Below are positions 13,620-26,092 of a stretch of DNA of 64,000 nt, in pieces. Source of the stretch: Octopus sinensis (lineage: Eukaryota); assembly GCF_006345805.1 (NCBI RefSeq), contig NC_043002.1:42656001-42720000 (forward strand), read 5' to 3'. Position 1 is the stretch's first letter; each line of letters starts with the position of its first letter. The notes under the pieces are model-generated. The model was not told the origin of the DNA, did no database searches, and saw nothing but the letters and a program-made list of their open reading frames with translations. The position numbers and the translations under genes are program-made.

Positions 13620-14130
13620 CTGTGAACAATGTAAAGGCTGTAAGATGTGACGTGGACAACATGAAAGCCAAATTCCCTGAAAGTGTGATGGTCTTCATGT
13701 GTGTCTCCTTTGAGGGTTAAGTCATGCTGCCCACCTCCATCTCTGAACAGGGCCTTAGGCTCAATTCAGATGGCTATGTGAAACTTCTAGAGACTTCAGT
13801 TAAACCCAGGCTGAAGAGGGTTGCTGCTGGAAGGACACATGCGGCAGCAGGATTTGGCTCCTTGCCATAGATCCAAAAAAAGCCAAAAGTTGTCGTCAGA
13901 GAATTTCTACAACTTTACCAGCCTCAATCTCTGGCCTCCTAATTCCCTCAATTATAAGCTTATGGTTTACTAAGTGTGGGACACAGTTGAGAAAGACAAC
14001 AACCACTCTACCTGCAACACCAAGGTTGAAGATCTTCCCAAGGACACAGTGAGTAATACATGTGCCAGGTTCTACAGCTGTCTTGAGGTTATAGTAGAAG
14101 ATGAAGGCGGCTACTTTGAGTAAACTGTTA
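13620..14130 (+). mobile_element. Tc1/mariner (DD37D/maT-like) transposase relic
   Basis: Fragments AKFPESVMVFMCVSFEG, GLRLNSDGYVKLLETSVKP, QQDLAPCH and LWPPNS; same family as 28190-28930. Confidence 0.75.
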
Positions 14131-15339
14131 TCTCTCAGCTATGATCTAGTTGATAATCTTTGATTTTTCGAAAAATACTTCTAATTTTGGATGGAACATT
14201 GTGTTTTCTTTTCCTTTTATGAACACTTTCAAATTTAGCCCAAATACTAAGTATAATTACCCAGAATTCCATTTACTTTTAACTGCATAAAGTAGTTTTT
14301 ATATACCAATTTGTTGTGAGATATCAAGTTTATTGAGGCAACATGACTTGCAGAAAATACCAGTTCTATTTCTGGTAGATATTTAACATCATTACTGGAA
14401 TAACTATGTAATTCAATTTCACAACTAAATGGTTAAACTAATTCTAAGGTTTCTTAGTAATTCTTTTACTTAATATTCTACAAAACTAATTCAGATCCAA
14501 GTTTCTCAGCAATGTATCAAATTCAAATGTGAGCTTTAGTGTGTTGGCATAAAAGAAATATGATAAAAATATTTCAAACTAATTCTTTCATTGCAAGAAG
14601 AAATGAATTCTACATTGCACACATCAACAAAATAGTCAATACTTTAGTGAGCTAGGGCAACAAGGTCCTTAAGTATAGATATGATGCAAGTGTTGTCTAC
14701 AAGTGGAATAAAGAAGTGAAGGGAAAAAGAACTGGCTTGTCAACACCAATAGCTACGTTCAATTTATGATTTACAACAAAGTAATTTAGTGTACATTTAA
14801 TGTCAGTTGAATTGTGCATCCCTATAGGAGAAAGTTTTAAAGTAAGGATTTCCTTACTGCATTGTATATCATTTTAATCCTACTTTATCACTAAATGATA
14901 AAGTTATAAAAATGTCCCATTTCTTCTAAATATCAGTTGAAACTATTTAAACATACCAAGTGTTCAGGCCAACTGTAACACACTATCAGTGAATTGTCAG
15001 ATCATATTACTCAGCAAAATCTAGTGCCATTGTTAGGTTGTTATGTTTAAAAGTGTTTACCAGTTTGTTATGGAAATGCATGATGATTTAAAAGCAAAAC
15101 AAACCATAAAGTTTCTTTTCCTAAAGGAGAGTTTGATGTTTTACAAAAAATTTTCATGCTGTTTCAAGGTGAATTTATAAACAATTTTCACTATTTACAA
15201 ATAAAACATTCTTCTTACATGTTTAGAATAAAATGCAGTAACATATACAAGATATCAGTCAGTAAAATGAGATTAATGCATCCTGATGATACATTTTACA
15301 ACCGCATTTCCAATAGTACTAATGTTATTCAACCATTCT

Positions 15340-15556
15340 TTTAGCATTCAGATTACTGTCAAATGTAATGCTTATTTATTCACATTGTTTTGAATTAATT
15401 ATGCATTATCTTGTAGCTTTGAGATTAGGATGATGTGTTTGTTTCGTTTCAGAATGACATTGTAGAGTAGGTGTGAGAGGTTAGATCTATTAAGTTTTAA
15501 CATAAATAGGTAGAGGATTTGGGCCAGATATGGTCAGTTTAAATGGGTCAAGTGTT
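15340..15556. mobile_element. TTAA-type MITE (family 2), decayed
   Basis: ttttagcattcagatt...ggccagatatggtcagtttaaatg; similar to 6257-6433. Confidence 0.55.
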
Positions 15557-15692
15557 AAGGATATAAAAAGCTTGGTGATATCAGTCAGGTGTCTTGTCTT
15601 GAGAGCATTTGCAATAGTGGTTGTACTTCTGGAAAAACAAAAGTCCTTATGAAAATCTTAAATCTGTACTTTTATCAGGTAAATTTGTGAAG

Positions 15693-16015
15693 GTGGATGG
15701 CTCAGTGGTTAAAGCATTGGGGTTACAATCATGAGGTAGTGAGTTCGATTCCTGAACTGGGCTGTGTTTTTGAGCAAGACACTTCATATTGCTCCAGTTC
15801 ACTCAGTTGTAGAAATGAGTTGCAATGTCACTGGTGCCAAGCTGTATCAACCTTTTCCTTTCCCTGGGTTAACATCAGTGGCATGAAGAAGGGAGGCTGG
15901 TATGCATTGGCGACTGCTGGTATTTCATAAACACGCTTGCCTGAACTTATGCCTCGGAGGGGAACTTCTTAGGTGCAATCTCATGGTCATTCATGACCAA
16001 AGGGGGTCTTTACCC
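15693..16015 (+). mobile_element. tRNA-head SINE
   Basis: A/B-box-like head ggctcagtggttaaagc...gagttcgattcct, then gagcaagacact...ccagttcactcagttgtagaaatgag. Confidence 0.65.
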
Positions 16016-16202
16016 TTTTACTCAATCAAGTAAATTTAAAATTCTGTAGAAAAGAAAAGTGGGGGGTGGGCAGGAGGATTAGGAGGAGAAAACATTAAAT
16101 TTCCTCAAATACAAGTCATTTATGTGACTGTAGTCATGTTATTCCAGTAAGTACTACTAGAACAAGTCTATAATAAAGATACAACTGACCACACATCTTT
16201 AA

Positions 16203-16396
16203 CCCTTTCGTTACCAACCCGGCTGAAGCCGGCTCTAGCTCTGAGTACAAATGTCTTGTTTTTATAAGTTTAGTCACAAATTATGTTCCTAACACTAACT
16301 GAATGATAACTTAGTTATTTTACTAAATTCTTTGTTATATTTAAAGTAATTGAAAGAAACACAGAGCATCTCAAAATAAATACAGTAACGAAAGGG
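16203..16396. mobile_element. piggyBac-type MITE (family 1), inverted relative to 4195
   Basis: TTAA|CCCTTTCGTTAC ... GTAACGAAAGGG|TTAA with a perfect 12-bp TIR; the body is the reverse complement of 4195-4415 with an internal deletion. Confidence 0.85.
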
Positions 16397-17169
16397 TTAA
16401 GTTACCAAGTGGATATGTCATATATATATATATATAATACAATACATTAAGAGTAGATCTGTGCAGTTTGACCTGATTTGGCACAATCAGAAGATATGGG
16501 TGGTGATCACAGTGGAAACAAAAAAATGAACTTGAATAGTACAGACATTTCACACCATAAAATGTCAACAATGTTGCACTCTAATGTTGTAAAAAGCAAT
16601 TCTAAGAAAAAGTATCATGCTACTATCACGTAATATAACCAAAGTAATTATACATAGGATACATTCGTTTATGTTCAATGTTTAGTTGTCAAAGATACTT
16701 TAGGAATTGCCAGTAAAGATTTATATAAAAATTAAAATAATAGAGTCTTATAATTTTACAAAACAGAATTTTTTCACTACCACATTCAATTATTTATGAT
16801 CAAGTAAGTCATTCTGGTAATAAGGCAGTGACAAGTTAAACTGAATGATTCATTTTACAGAAAATACTTGTAGTTGATGGTATGTTATGAAATTAAGGTC
16901 AAAATGAAAGTCTAAGGCCAGATTGTAGCCAAGCCTTTTCCTCATGGTAGTGTTTCAAGGTCTCTTTAAGGGGAAAATGTTTTGTTCTCTCCTAGGTTTA
17001 GTATTAAGTGAAACCTTCTACTGATACTTAGAGGAGGTTAATACGAGTTGAGATGACCCCAGTCTTGTTCAGGATATGACAATCTCCAGTGTTGGTGCTA
17101 TGGTTCATCTTTCTTCTTATCTAGTCTCAGAATATTTTCTACAAAATAAAAATCTGAAATAAATATTGG

Positions 17170-17375
17170 TTTCAAATTTTGGCACAAGGCCAGCAAGTTC
17201 AGGGTATGAGGCAAGTCAATAACACTTACCCTAGGGCTCAACTTATTTTATCAACCCTGAAAATATGAAAGGCAAAGTCAACCTTGGTGGAATTTGAGCT
17301 CAGAACATAAAGATAGACAAAATGCCACTAAGCATTCTGCCCGGTATGTTAATTCTGCCAGCTCACTGCCTTAGC
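17170..17375 (-). mobile_element. SINE relic with a conserved central domain (MetaSINE-like)
   Basis: Reverse complement reads ...ggttgactttgcctttcatattttcagggttgataaaataagttgag..., resembling the ctttcatcctttcggggtcgataaa SINE domain; superfamily assignment is from memory. Confidence 0.45.
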
Positions 17376-17719
17376 TCTCCACTTTATTTCACTAAGAGAG
17401 TTTTCTTTGAGATATATTTTGTGGAAATGTACACACATCCTACCCACGTTAATTGAAAAATTAGTCATTCCACTTGATTGTAGGTCATCAAAATGCCTCT
17501 GACATCACTGAAACAAAAGACTTGCAGTGAGAAAATGAAGAGCTAAATGACTAACTAAATAAAAGCTTTCCTGGAACACTTCAAAAGCCTAAGTAGAAAC
17601 AAAGATGAAGAAGTTATAATATGCCATTAAATTATGGTCATGTTGGGGCATTTTTTGAAAAATTTAAGTTGAAATAACTTCTGTACATTTTCGTTTTTAA
17701 ACCTCATACTTGTTTTATG

Positions 17720-17935
17720 AGTGTTTTGCCACACCACCAAGTTATGGAGACACACCAACACTGGTTGTCAAGCATTAGCAGCGGATACACAAACATATGT
17801 ATAAAAAACAGGCTTCTTTCACTTTGTCTGCCAAATCCACAGATAAGGCTTTAGTCAACCCTAGGCTAAATTAGAAAACATTTGAACAAGGTGCCATGTG
17901 CTTGGGAAGCAAACTTCTTACCACACAGCCACAAA
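17720..17935 (-). mobile_element. SINE (family of 7520)
   Basis: ccaaatccac...caaggtgccatg...gcaaacttcttaccacacagcc is the reverse-complement head and body. Confidence 0.7.
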
Positions 17936-18628
17936 CAGATTTGTAGAAAAAGGTAAAATTGAAGAAACAACTTCTTTTAACCTTGATAAGTTCTTGGAAG
18001 TATAGAAGTATGTTTTGATGTGTACTGGAGTAAAGTAACTAACAGATATGAAAGGTGTTTTACTTGCAAGCATGGCAGATAATTATCACAAGTGGAAAAG
18101 ATGTGAAACTTAACTGGTGATAGGATTTTTCGTTATTTTTGAAAAATGACCTCAAATTTATCCTCAGCTTGACACGTCACACATTCACACAACTAATGCA
18201 TGAAATATAGTTTCATTTTCTAAAATACTTTTTTTTTCATATACAACTGATTGCTTACAGTTTTCAGAAAATTATGACATGAAAGAAACAAGAACTTCAT
18301 AATAAAAAGAAAAATTGTCGAGGGACAAAACAAATTTGGACTACACAGACTTATGAGGCTCATAAAAGCAATGCAACAGGAAACAACAGTATTCTACTTT
18401 TGTACCCTGTTGGTATATCTCAACTACCAAAACAATTCATCTTATCTGCTTAATTACAACAATATTTTTTATCTAATAAATACCATGATACAGTCAGCAG
18501 TGTCACTTACATAATAACTGTCAAGAACTATCAAAGGTGGCAAAATGACATGGTAGTAGGTAACCAGACACACTTATACCATAACCATGAAGAAAGAAGA
18601 GCAATTTAATATGCCAGGGTTTATTTTA

Positions 18629-18993
18629 CCCCTTTAGCATTTAAATCAGCCATATTTGGGCAAAATACTGTTTTTTTTATTATTCAAACTGGCCAGATCC
18701 GTACAGCATTCATTACATTCTACTCCACGTTACACCTCCTAGTTTGAGAGTCCCAATATTCTCATATTAGACCTCACTACCTTTTGCTTGGTTTGATTCA
18801 GCTCACACCATTTTTTCATCCAACTGATACTGTCCATACCATTGCTGTTATAATTTCTATATACATCAGTTTAACATTTATCTAATGTCTGACCAATTTT
18901 CTAGAATTCAAACACTATATTGTGACTGCAAATAAGGAACAATATTCTCTAGTCAACTTAGAGAATCAGATTGAAACTGACATTTTCAAGGGG
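18629..18993. mobile_element. TTAA-type MITE (family 2)
   Basis: ttac|cccctttagcatttaaatcagccatat ... ttttcaagggg|ttaa. Confidence 0.55.
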
Positions 18994-21109
18994 TTAATAT
19001 TAAGAAGGATGGCTAATTGTAAAAATACTGAGGTAAATCCTCTTGTCTACCACATTTAGTAATCCCTAATAGAGAAATAAGGATGTAATAAAAAAAAAAA
19101 ATTAAAAGATAACAGCTTAATTAATGTCCTCTCTTTCTCTCTATACTCAGGTGTTCCAATAACATTAAATTACATCAAACACCTCAAAATGTTTTTTACA
19201 AATTTGAATTGCTCTAATTAAAGATACATGAAGCTGATAGAAAAATAGAACCTTGTTAGACTGATACAATTAACAGATGATTGAATTTAATGAACGATAT
19301 TACAATAGCACATTTATCTGTTTGTCACCATCACAATGTAGTGATGATAAACAGATTAAAATAAATGGAAAGTGCTCTCCAGAAGAAAATATCAATAGCT
19401 ACAGAAATAACAAAGATGTCTTAATGAAGGTTATCATTTCTCCAAGTAAAGTTTAATAAGAAAAAAGAAAAAAAAAACATCACTAATAGATTAATTCCTA
19501 CTTCATTGTCTCTGCTAAAAATACAAAAAAAAAAAAAAAATTAGATATTCTACATACACATGTATACGTATGTATTCTTTTACAGTTATACAACAGATAT
19601 ATTCAGTTTTGTCACAACTGTTGGAACAGTCAATTTATATTTTTAGCTTTTATACTCCATAATAATACAAAAGTACTAATTGACCAGTAGCATACTGATT
19701 TCCATTAGGGATACACAGTAGTGATGGTGACTAGATTGTCAATCAGTTGGCCAGTTAAAGTAGTCTATATCCACTATAGTGTGGTGGAGGTGGTGTTTAA
19801 ATATTGTAACAGGCTTGGTTGAATTTTAAAAGATCCACAACTATATTTAGGGGGTACATAAAATAGAACTTGCTACAGACAAATGTTTCAAGAAACAACT
19901 AAGTGTCTTTCTCTAACACTTAACAATTCAATATGTTTCTGGCAAATGAAGCATTCTAACCTACATGAGTGAATGAGTGAAAAACAAAATAGAAATTTTG
20001 AAAGAAGGCTCTGTAAAACTAGCTTTTAAACAGTGAATGGCTATAGGGGACCATCATAGAACAGCAGTACCCAAAGGGGTTCATAAGTGATTTAGAACAT
20101 CAATATTTGGGAGTTTAAATCAAGCCAAGCTCAATTCTTCTGTGTATATTATGTTAAAATAAATTTATAATAACTAATAATTTATAAATCAATCAGCAAT
20201 GATATACGCGTCTTTGAAAATTGGCTTAATGCTTGGCAAGGAAATTTCTCTTGAATGGACAGTTGTGTGGATAAACTCTGAATCACAAAATGAAACTTCA
20301 TATTTCTTTGAAATAGGCCTTGCAATGTTACGGGGAAAACAGGTCATTAAATTCTACTGGACAGAATTAACTATTTCTCTATGATTTCTCATTAATTTCT
20401 CCCAACCTGTTTGAAATTATAACATTGCAAGTATTGCATCATCATTCTGTACTGTTGCAACAACTTTAGAAGAAAAAACAGGTCAGTATAGTTGTTGCTT
20501 AACTTGAGAGAGAGTTTGGAATTTAGTCTGGTACTTATCATATCATTCAAGAATTTTTGCTTCAACATTGATTCAATTGTAATTGAAAATGCTAATAAAA
20601 TATCTGGATAATTTTTGACGTTTAACAATCAATATTCATGTCTTTTTCGATTCCAAGTCAATTTTTTCCCCCACACTTATGTCGAATTTGATTATTTTCA
20701 ATTAAAAAAGTTTAAAATGGGGGTAAAATGAGTAATGACTGGTCTCGATTTCTTCTCTTTAAATGCATGGTGTATAAATATATTGGAAAGGGAGCCACAC
20801 TTGCAGAACAAGAAGAGAATATTTTATATTGAGTTTTTAGATTTAGCCGAGTTTCGTTGATTTCGTATCATATCCTATTTTTCCGTGATCCTCTTTCATT
20901 TGACCTAGATAGTTAAAATTTTTGCTGCATTTCTGATCTTTATGATATCTAACTAAACATGAGTATTGATGTACCTTCAAATGTAATGCTAGAAAATTAG
21001 AGTAAAATTGGCTTACTCATTTTGCCCCAACCAAATTTGTCTTTTATATGCTCAGAGAGAACGGTGATAATTGTCTGAAATAGTGTTCAGAATATGTTAT
21101 ACTGTTTTT

Positions 21110-21194
21110 GGCGGAGGTAAAGAATACGCACACCACCCGTTTTCGATGTAACCCTAACCCTAAATGCCGGGTGTGCATATTCTTTACCTTCGCC
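21110..21194. mobile_element. 85-bp MITE, 25-bp TIR, 8-bp TSD (Merlin-like), internal TAACCC repeats
   Basis: TIR GGCGGAGGTAAAGAATACGCACACC versus GGCGAAGGTAAAGAATATGCACACC (23/25); flanks ctgttttt / atgttttt; contains taaccctaaccct. Confidence 0.75.
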
Positions 21195-21756
21195 ATGTTT
21201 TTAATGCATTTAGAAGGTCATAATTCAGTGGTCATTTGTAAAAAAAAAAATTCTTCAAAGTCAAAAACGCTATAAAAACTCTTCATTCTGTCCCATCCCG
21301 CTATATTTTTTGCTTGTTTTCTTCACTCAGTGAATGAATAGCATTCCTTCGAACAATTATGGATTCAATCATTTGAGGAAATATGGTTGGAAGTGTGTAT
21401 GTGGGGGGTGGGGTGTATTTTATAAATAAAATATACTTTGCAAATAAATTGTAACTTGAAAACATTACGGAAGTTTTATTTATCAAAATTGATTTATACA
21501 CAATACCTCCCTTGTATTTCTGCATAATTGATCTTTAAAAGGAGTGTTTTCACCGGGTACATGGCACAACGGGATGAAAGAAAATAATCGTTTTTTGAAG
21601 CAGCAGTTCTAGATACAGACTTTGAAAATAGTAAAATCCATTTTCAAATAATATATATGAAAATTTTAACTTTCATAATTGAAAAATAAAAACAGCATAG
21701 AAAAAAACAACAAAATAAACCAAATTAACACCCCCAACTAATCTAAAAATACACTT

Positions 21757-21819
<63 letters not shown>

Positions 21820-22348
21820 TATATAATATATATATATATATATACACATACACACATATATATAACAAAAGTTATTTTTCTCAGAAAAGTTATTTTATCT
21901 TAATGCGATTGATAAGGAAAACACTCCAAAACTAACCGCATTTTTGGTGTCTCATAAACCCCCAAAACTTTATTTTCCTTACAAATCAAAAATAATAATT
22001 TATTAACCAAACGAAATATCGAAACCGAAAAAATATTACTTCGCCCTTTCACAATCGATAACATCCAATAATTAACCAGACGTCTACGTGAGCGTGTGTG
22101 CGCGCTACAAACTTTAACGCTTTATAATGAATGCTTTCAGACGACCTGACACCTACTTAGATAAGACCGACAACTAAACCACGCAACGAAGACTGTCCGC
22201 AATTTTGTATCACGAAGGTGCTTCCACTACGGAGTGTTTTTTTATTATAACTAGTTTAACGAAGGCATATTTGTCTAAGGAAGTTTTATCAGAAAGGTAT
22301 GTAAGGGATAGATAACACGGAACTTATGCATTTACGAAGCACCTTGTA

Positions 22349-22387
<39 letters not shown>

Positions 22388-22455
22388 CACATACATATAT
22401 ATAATATAAATAATATATATATATATGCATATATACATATATATATATATAAATA

Positions 22456-22545
22456 ATTAATACACAAATATGAGAGAATCCACTGTGGACGCTCTTACGC
22501 TAGATATAGATCCGCAAAGGGACTCTCTCATATTTGTGTATTAAT
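22456..22545. repeat. 90-bp hairpin element with perfect 22-bp inverted arms
   Basis: attaatacacaaatatgagaga (22456-22477) / tctctcatatttgtgtattaat (22524-22545), lying next to a (TA)n tract. Confidence 0.8.
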
Positions 22546-22798
22546 AATATTTACTGAATCTCAGTCTTTTATGCGCTAGACCACTGGTGTTTAAATTGAT
22601 GTTATTAAATTAATATCCAATTTTTTTCACCCTCATTTTGACTTTAATTATATAAATATATATATACATATATAAATATATATATATATACATATATAAA
22701 TATATATATATACATTATACATACATATATATATAAATAAATATATATATATACATTATACATACATATATATATAAATAAATAAATATATATACATT

Positions 22799-22837
<39 letters not shown>

Positions 22838-23199
22838 CATACACAGGTGAGTGATAAATACGTACTACCTAACATCTGTAATACGGCATAATCTAAAGGC
22901 GGTATCCCGGCATTGCTGTGTATCTGTCTATCTATCTTATATTTATTACGAAGTCTTTCTTATCCATTTTTGCAAATTATGGAATACGCCAAGCGATCGA
23001 GTAGAAAAAAGTAGAGGTTTGCAAGAGTGTATGCTTCTGTGAACGTACGAGCGTGTGTGTGTTTATTATATGTATTTGTGTTTGCAGACTAAAAGCTAAG
23101 CGGCTTCGACTCTTCAACACTGGATAGTTTTACCAATAATAATAATAATAATAAAATCCAAGGAAGGAGAGATAGTCGTTTTCCAATTTTCTTAAACTG

Positions 23200-23620
23200 C
23201 GCAGTCTACGATACATTAAATATGATATAAATAAATCAAAAGCGACAAAATAATCTACCTCACGCACAATACAATTTAAAGAAATTTAAACTATAAGACA
23301 GCCGAATTCCGAAGTAAAAAATATTCGGGAAGAAAAAAAAAAGATTATAAAGATTTTTGTGCAGGCGACAATTGAAATGGCGACCGACATCGGATGAGAG
23401 AGGGAAAACAGGGAGAAGGGGAGGAGGAGGCGAAGTAAGGATAAATACATAATCAACACCAGCGTCAATAAACTAACAAAAAAAGAAATTATAGGCGTAA
23501 AATCGAAAGTAAATAAAAGGAAAAAAAAATTACACGAAAAAAAAAGAACAAAAACAAAAGGTCCTCTCGGAAATTCGAAGAGAAAAAGTAGCGAGATTAA
23601 TATGCATGGAAGGAAGTAAG
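23200..23620 (+). promoter_or_regulatory. Candidate promoter/first-exon region in a CpG-retaining zone
   Basis: CpG-rich, TE-poor unique sequence with donor-like gaa|gtaagg (about 23435) and gaa|gtaagc (about 23615). No downstream exon could be linked. Confidence 0.25.
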
Positions 23621-23846
23621 CCATTGTTGCGAGATTATTTTTTTTTTCTTTCTCCCAAGTCCAACGTACGCAGTTCCTTCGAAAAGCTTATTGAGGTCAA
23701 GCCTACGACGACAAATGAGTAATGTTATTACTGGATTGGGTGAAAGGGAAAGTGCAAACAAAATAGTCTAAACAACTACTATATATCATTAAACACACAC
23801 ACACACGCATATACATAGTCTGCATGTCTGATAGACGGAAGATACA

Positions 23847-23903
23847 GAGTGACTCGAGGTTCGGGAGTTTCGTACATGGCACTGATAAATGCTTATTATA
23901 CTC
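23847..23903 (-). ncRNA. Fossil type I hammerhead-like motif (core degenerate)
   Basis: Minus strand: gagt-ATAATAA (instead of CTGANGA)-...-GAAA-ctc(9 nt)gag-TC-actc. Helices I and III pair; the core has 3 substitutions. Flanked by imperfect inverted repeats. Confidence 0.3.
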
Positions 23904-24618
23904 CTGGCCAGAGTCGTGTTGTAACTTCTGCCGTTTAAAAATAAAAATAATGTATGTATGTATCTATCTATCCATACATACTCATGCTTTTAAGTTCTAT
24001 CTATCCAGTTTGATCTACGCCGAGTCAAGTTATTAAAAGAATATACGTAATTCCTACCAAATGTGTCTTTGAATTATTTTCTTTCTTTTGTTCACTATAT
24101 ATATATATATATAAATAAATAAATAAGGATAATATCGATATTATCAAGTGGCCAGCGTGGGAATAAATCATACAAAGGTAATAATTTTATACAAGGGTGT
24201 CTAAGAGACACCACCATGCCGAAATAGCAGTCAAATTCCCTGACTCTAAAAGCCACCTTAAATGTTCATATCGCACCACGAGATAAGACAGAGGGACAAA
24301 ATAGACTAGCAAAAAGATATTACTGAATATATATATATATATAGTGGACAAAAGAAAGAAAATAGTTCAAAGGCACACACAAATAAAATGATGGCTGCTA
24401 CTACTATTAACAGCCGTATGGTAAAAAAAAAAAAATGAAGTTTTTCAAAAAGTGAAAATGAGTAAAACAGAATCCATTGTGGAGGAAATCGGCAAGTGTG
24501 TCAGTATGTAATAAAGTAAGGGAATACAAAACAAGGGGACTGGGGGTACAGAAAAAGAGTTAAAACAATAACGGAAGTTAACAACTCGCAAAGGAGACAC
24601 AAACAACAATGGTGAGTG

Positions 24619-24656
<38 letters not shown>

Positions 24657-24914
24657 CATACATGCACACACACACATATACATATTGTGCATTACAGAAT
24701 GCGTCACGCTCATTCTGCACGAGAATAACGTTATAGGAGGACACGTGTCTCGAATGCTCAGACATTTTACACGCTAGTTCAATAAACAAGAAACTCATAA
24801 TGCTGTGCAAGTGGTTTTGCGTTCAGTTTCCACTGCGTGGGACCTTGGGTAAATGCATTCTAAGAAACCAAATCCTAGGGAGAGGGGTATACTTAGGTAG
24901 AAACTCAAAGATGG

Positions 24915-24916
<2 letters not shown>

Positions 24917-24985
<69 letters not shown>

Positions 24986-25358
24986 CATATATATACATAC
25001 ACACACACACATATGTATATATATATACATACACACACACACATATGTATATATATACATATACATACACACACATATGCATGTATATATATATATACAT
25101 ACACACACACACATATGTATGTATATATATATACATACACACACACACATATGTATATATATACATACACATACACACACATATGTATGTATATATATAT
25201 ACATACACACAACACACATGTATATATATACATATACATACACACACATACATATGTATATATATACATATACATACACACACATACATATGTATATATA
25301 TACATATACATACACACATATGTATGTATATATAATATATATAATATATATACATATT

Positions 25359-25413
<55 letters not shown>

Positions 25414-25446
25414 CATTATTTATATATATATATATATATACATATT

Positions 25447-25479
<33 letters not shown>

Positions 25480-25487
25480 TATATACA

Positions 25488-25533
<46 letters not shown>

Positions 25534-25553
25534 TATTTATATATATATATATA
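24917..25553. repeat. Compound (TA)n/(CA)n microsatellite-minisatellite
   Basis: Visible directly; source of the YIYI/HTHT pseudo-ORFs. Confidence 0.95.
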
Positions 25554-25640
25554 AGCGAAGGTAAAGAATGCGTACACTCGATGGTTAGGATCAGCTTTAG
25601 GTTACGCCGAAAACTGGTGTACGTATTCTTTACCTCCGGC
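25554..25640. mobile_element. Second copy of the 85-bp Merlin-like MITE (opposite orientation)
   Basis: agcgaaggtaaagaatgcgtacac ... ggtgtacgtattctttacctccggc, inserted in (TA)n. Confidence 0.75.
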
Positions 25641-25774
25641 ATATATGTCTTATGGTGAAGATCAAGGTCTAATATCTACTCTTAACAGTTTAATACATAT
25701 ATTCATAGTTAGCAGAAATACATAAATCCGGAGGAGGAGCACTCCCTAAGGTGTAGAACAGTTAATATTATAGT

Positions 25775-25941
25775 GGTTAGGCTGGTTTATGGGATCACCC
25801 TGGGTTTCTCGTTCATAAAGAGTTTAGCCTTAAGGCATATCTTCAGACTTCAGACGTTTGGAGTGGTCTGAAGATCACTGTAAGGTTGCTAAATCGCTTA
25901 TAAGCGCGATACCCAGGGTAACCCCATAAACCGGCCTACCC
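25775..25941. ncRNA. Palindromic double-hammerhead cassette, both ribozymes degenerate
   Basis: Arms ggttaggctggtttatgggatcaccctgggt / acccagggtaaccccataaaccggcctaccc. Minus motif 25791-25851: CTGAAGA..GAAA cc cag gg TG. Plus motif 25863-25925: CTGAAGA..GATA cc cag gg TA. Homologous to 54572-54729. Confidence 0.7.
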
Positions 25942-26001
25942 TGTATATACATATTGGTCAGTAGTTTATGTATCCGAAAAGGAAGCACACTCCGGCCATT
26001 T

Positions 26002-26061
26002 GAGTCTGACGAATCGACTACATAGCTAAGTGCTTTATAGACGCGAAACCAATGGTCACTC
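26002..26061 (+). ncRNA. Type I hammerhead ribozyme, intact core (GUC site at 26055-26057)
   Basis: gagt-CTGACGA-[helix II about 8 WC pairs, loop taagt, base pairs disrupted]-GAAA-cc aat gg-TC-actc. Confidence 0.7.
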
Positions 26062-26092
26062 TCTGACCGGCCATAACAAACAGCTTAATCAT

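Noticed and set aside
15693-15760. tRNA-like A/B boxes (also at 7528 and 12100)
   Set aside because: No complete cloverleaf; these are heads of SINEs, not tRNA genes.
23286-23624. 112-aa hydrophobic minus-strand ORF
   Set aside because: Reverse complement of a purine/A-rich UTR-like tract; low complexity and no splice support.
24795-25658. Long ORFs (up to 241 aa) of [12 protein letters not shown] type, also at 39938-40899 and 42856-43472
   Set aside because: These are translations of TA/CA microsatellites that happen to lack stop codons; not protein-coding.
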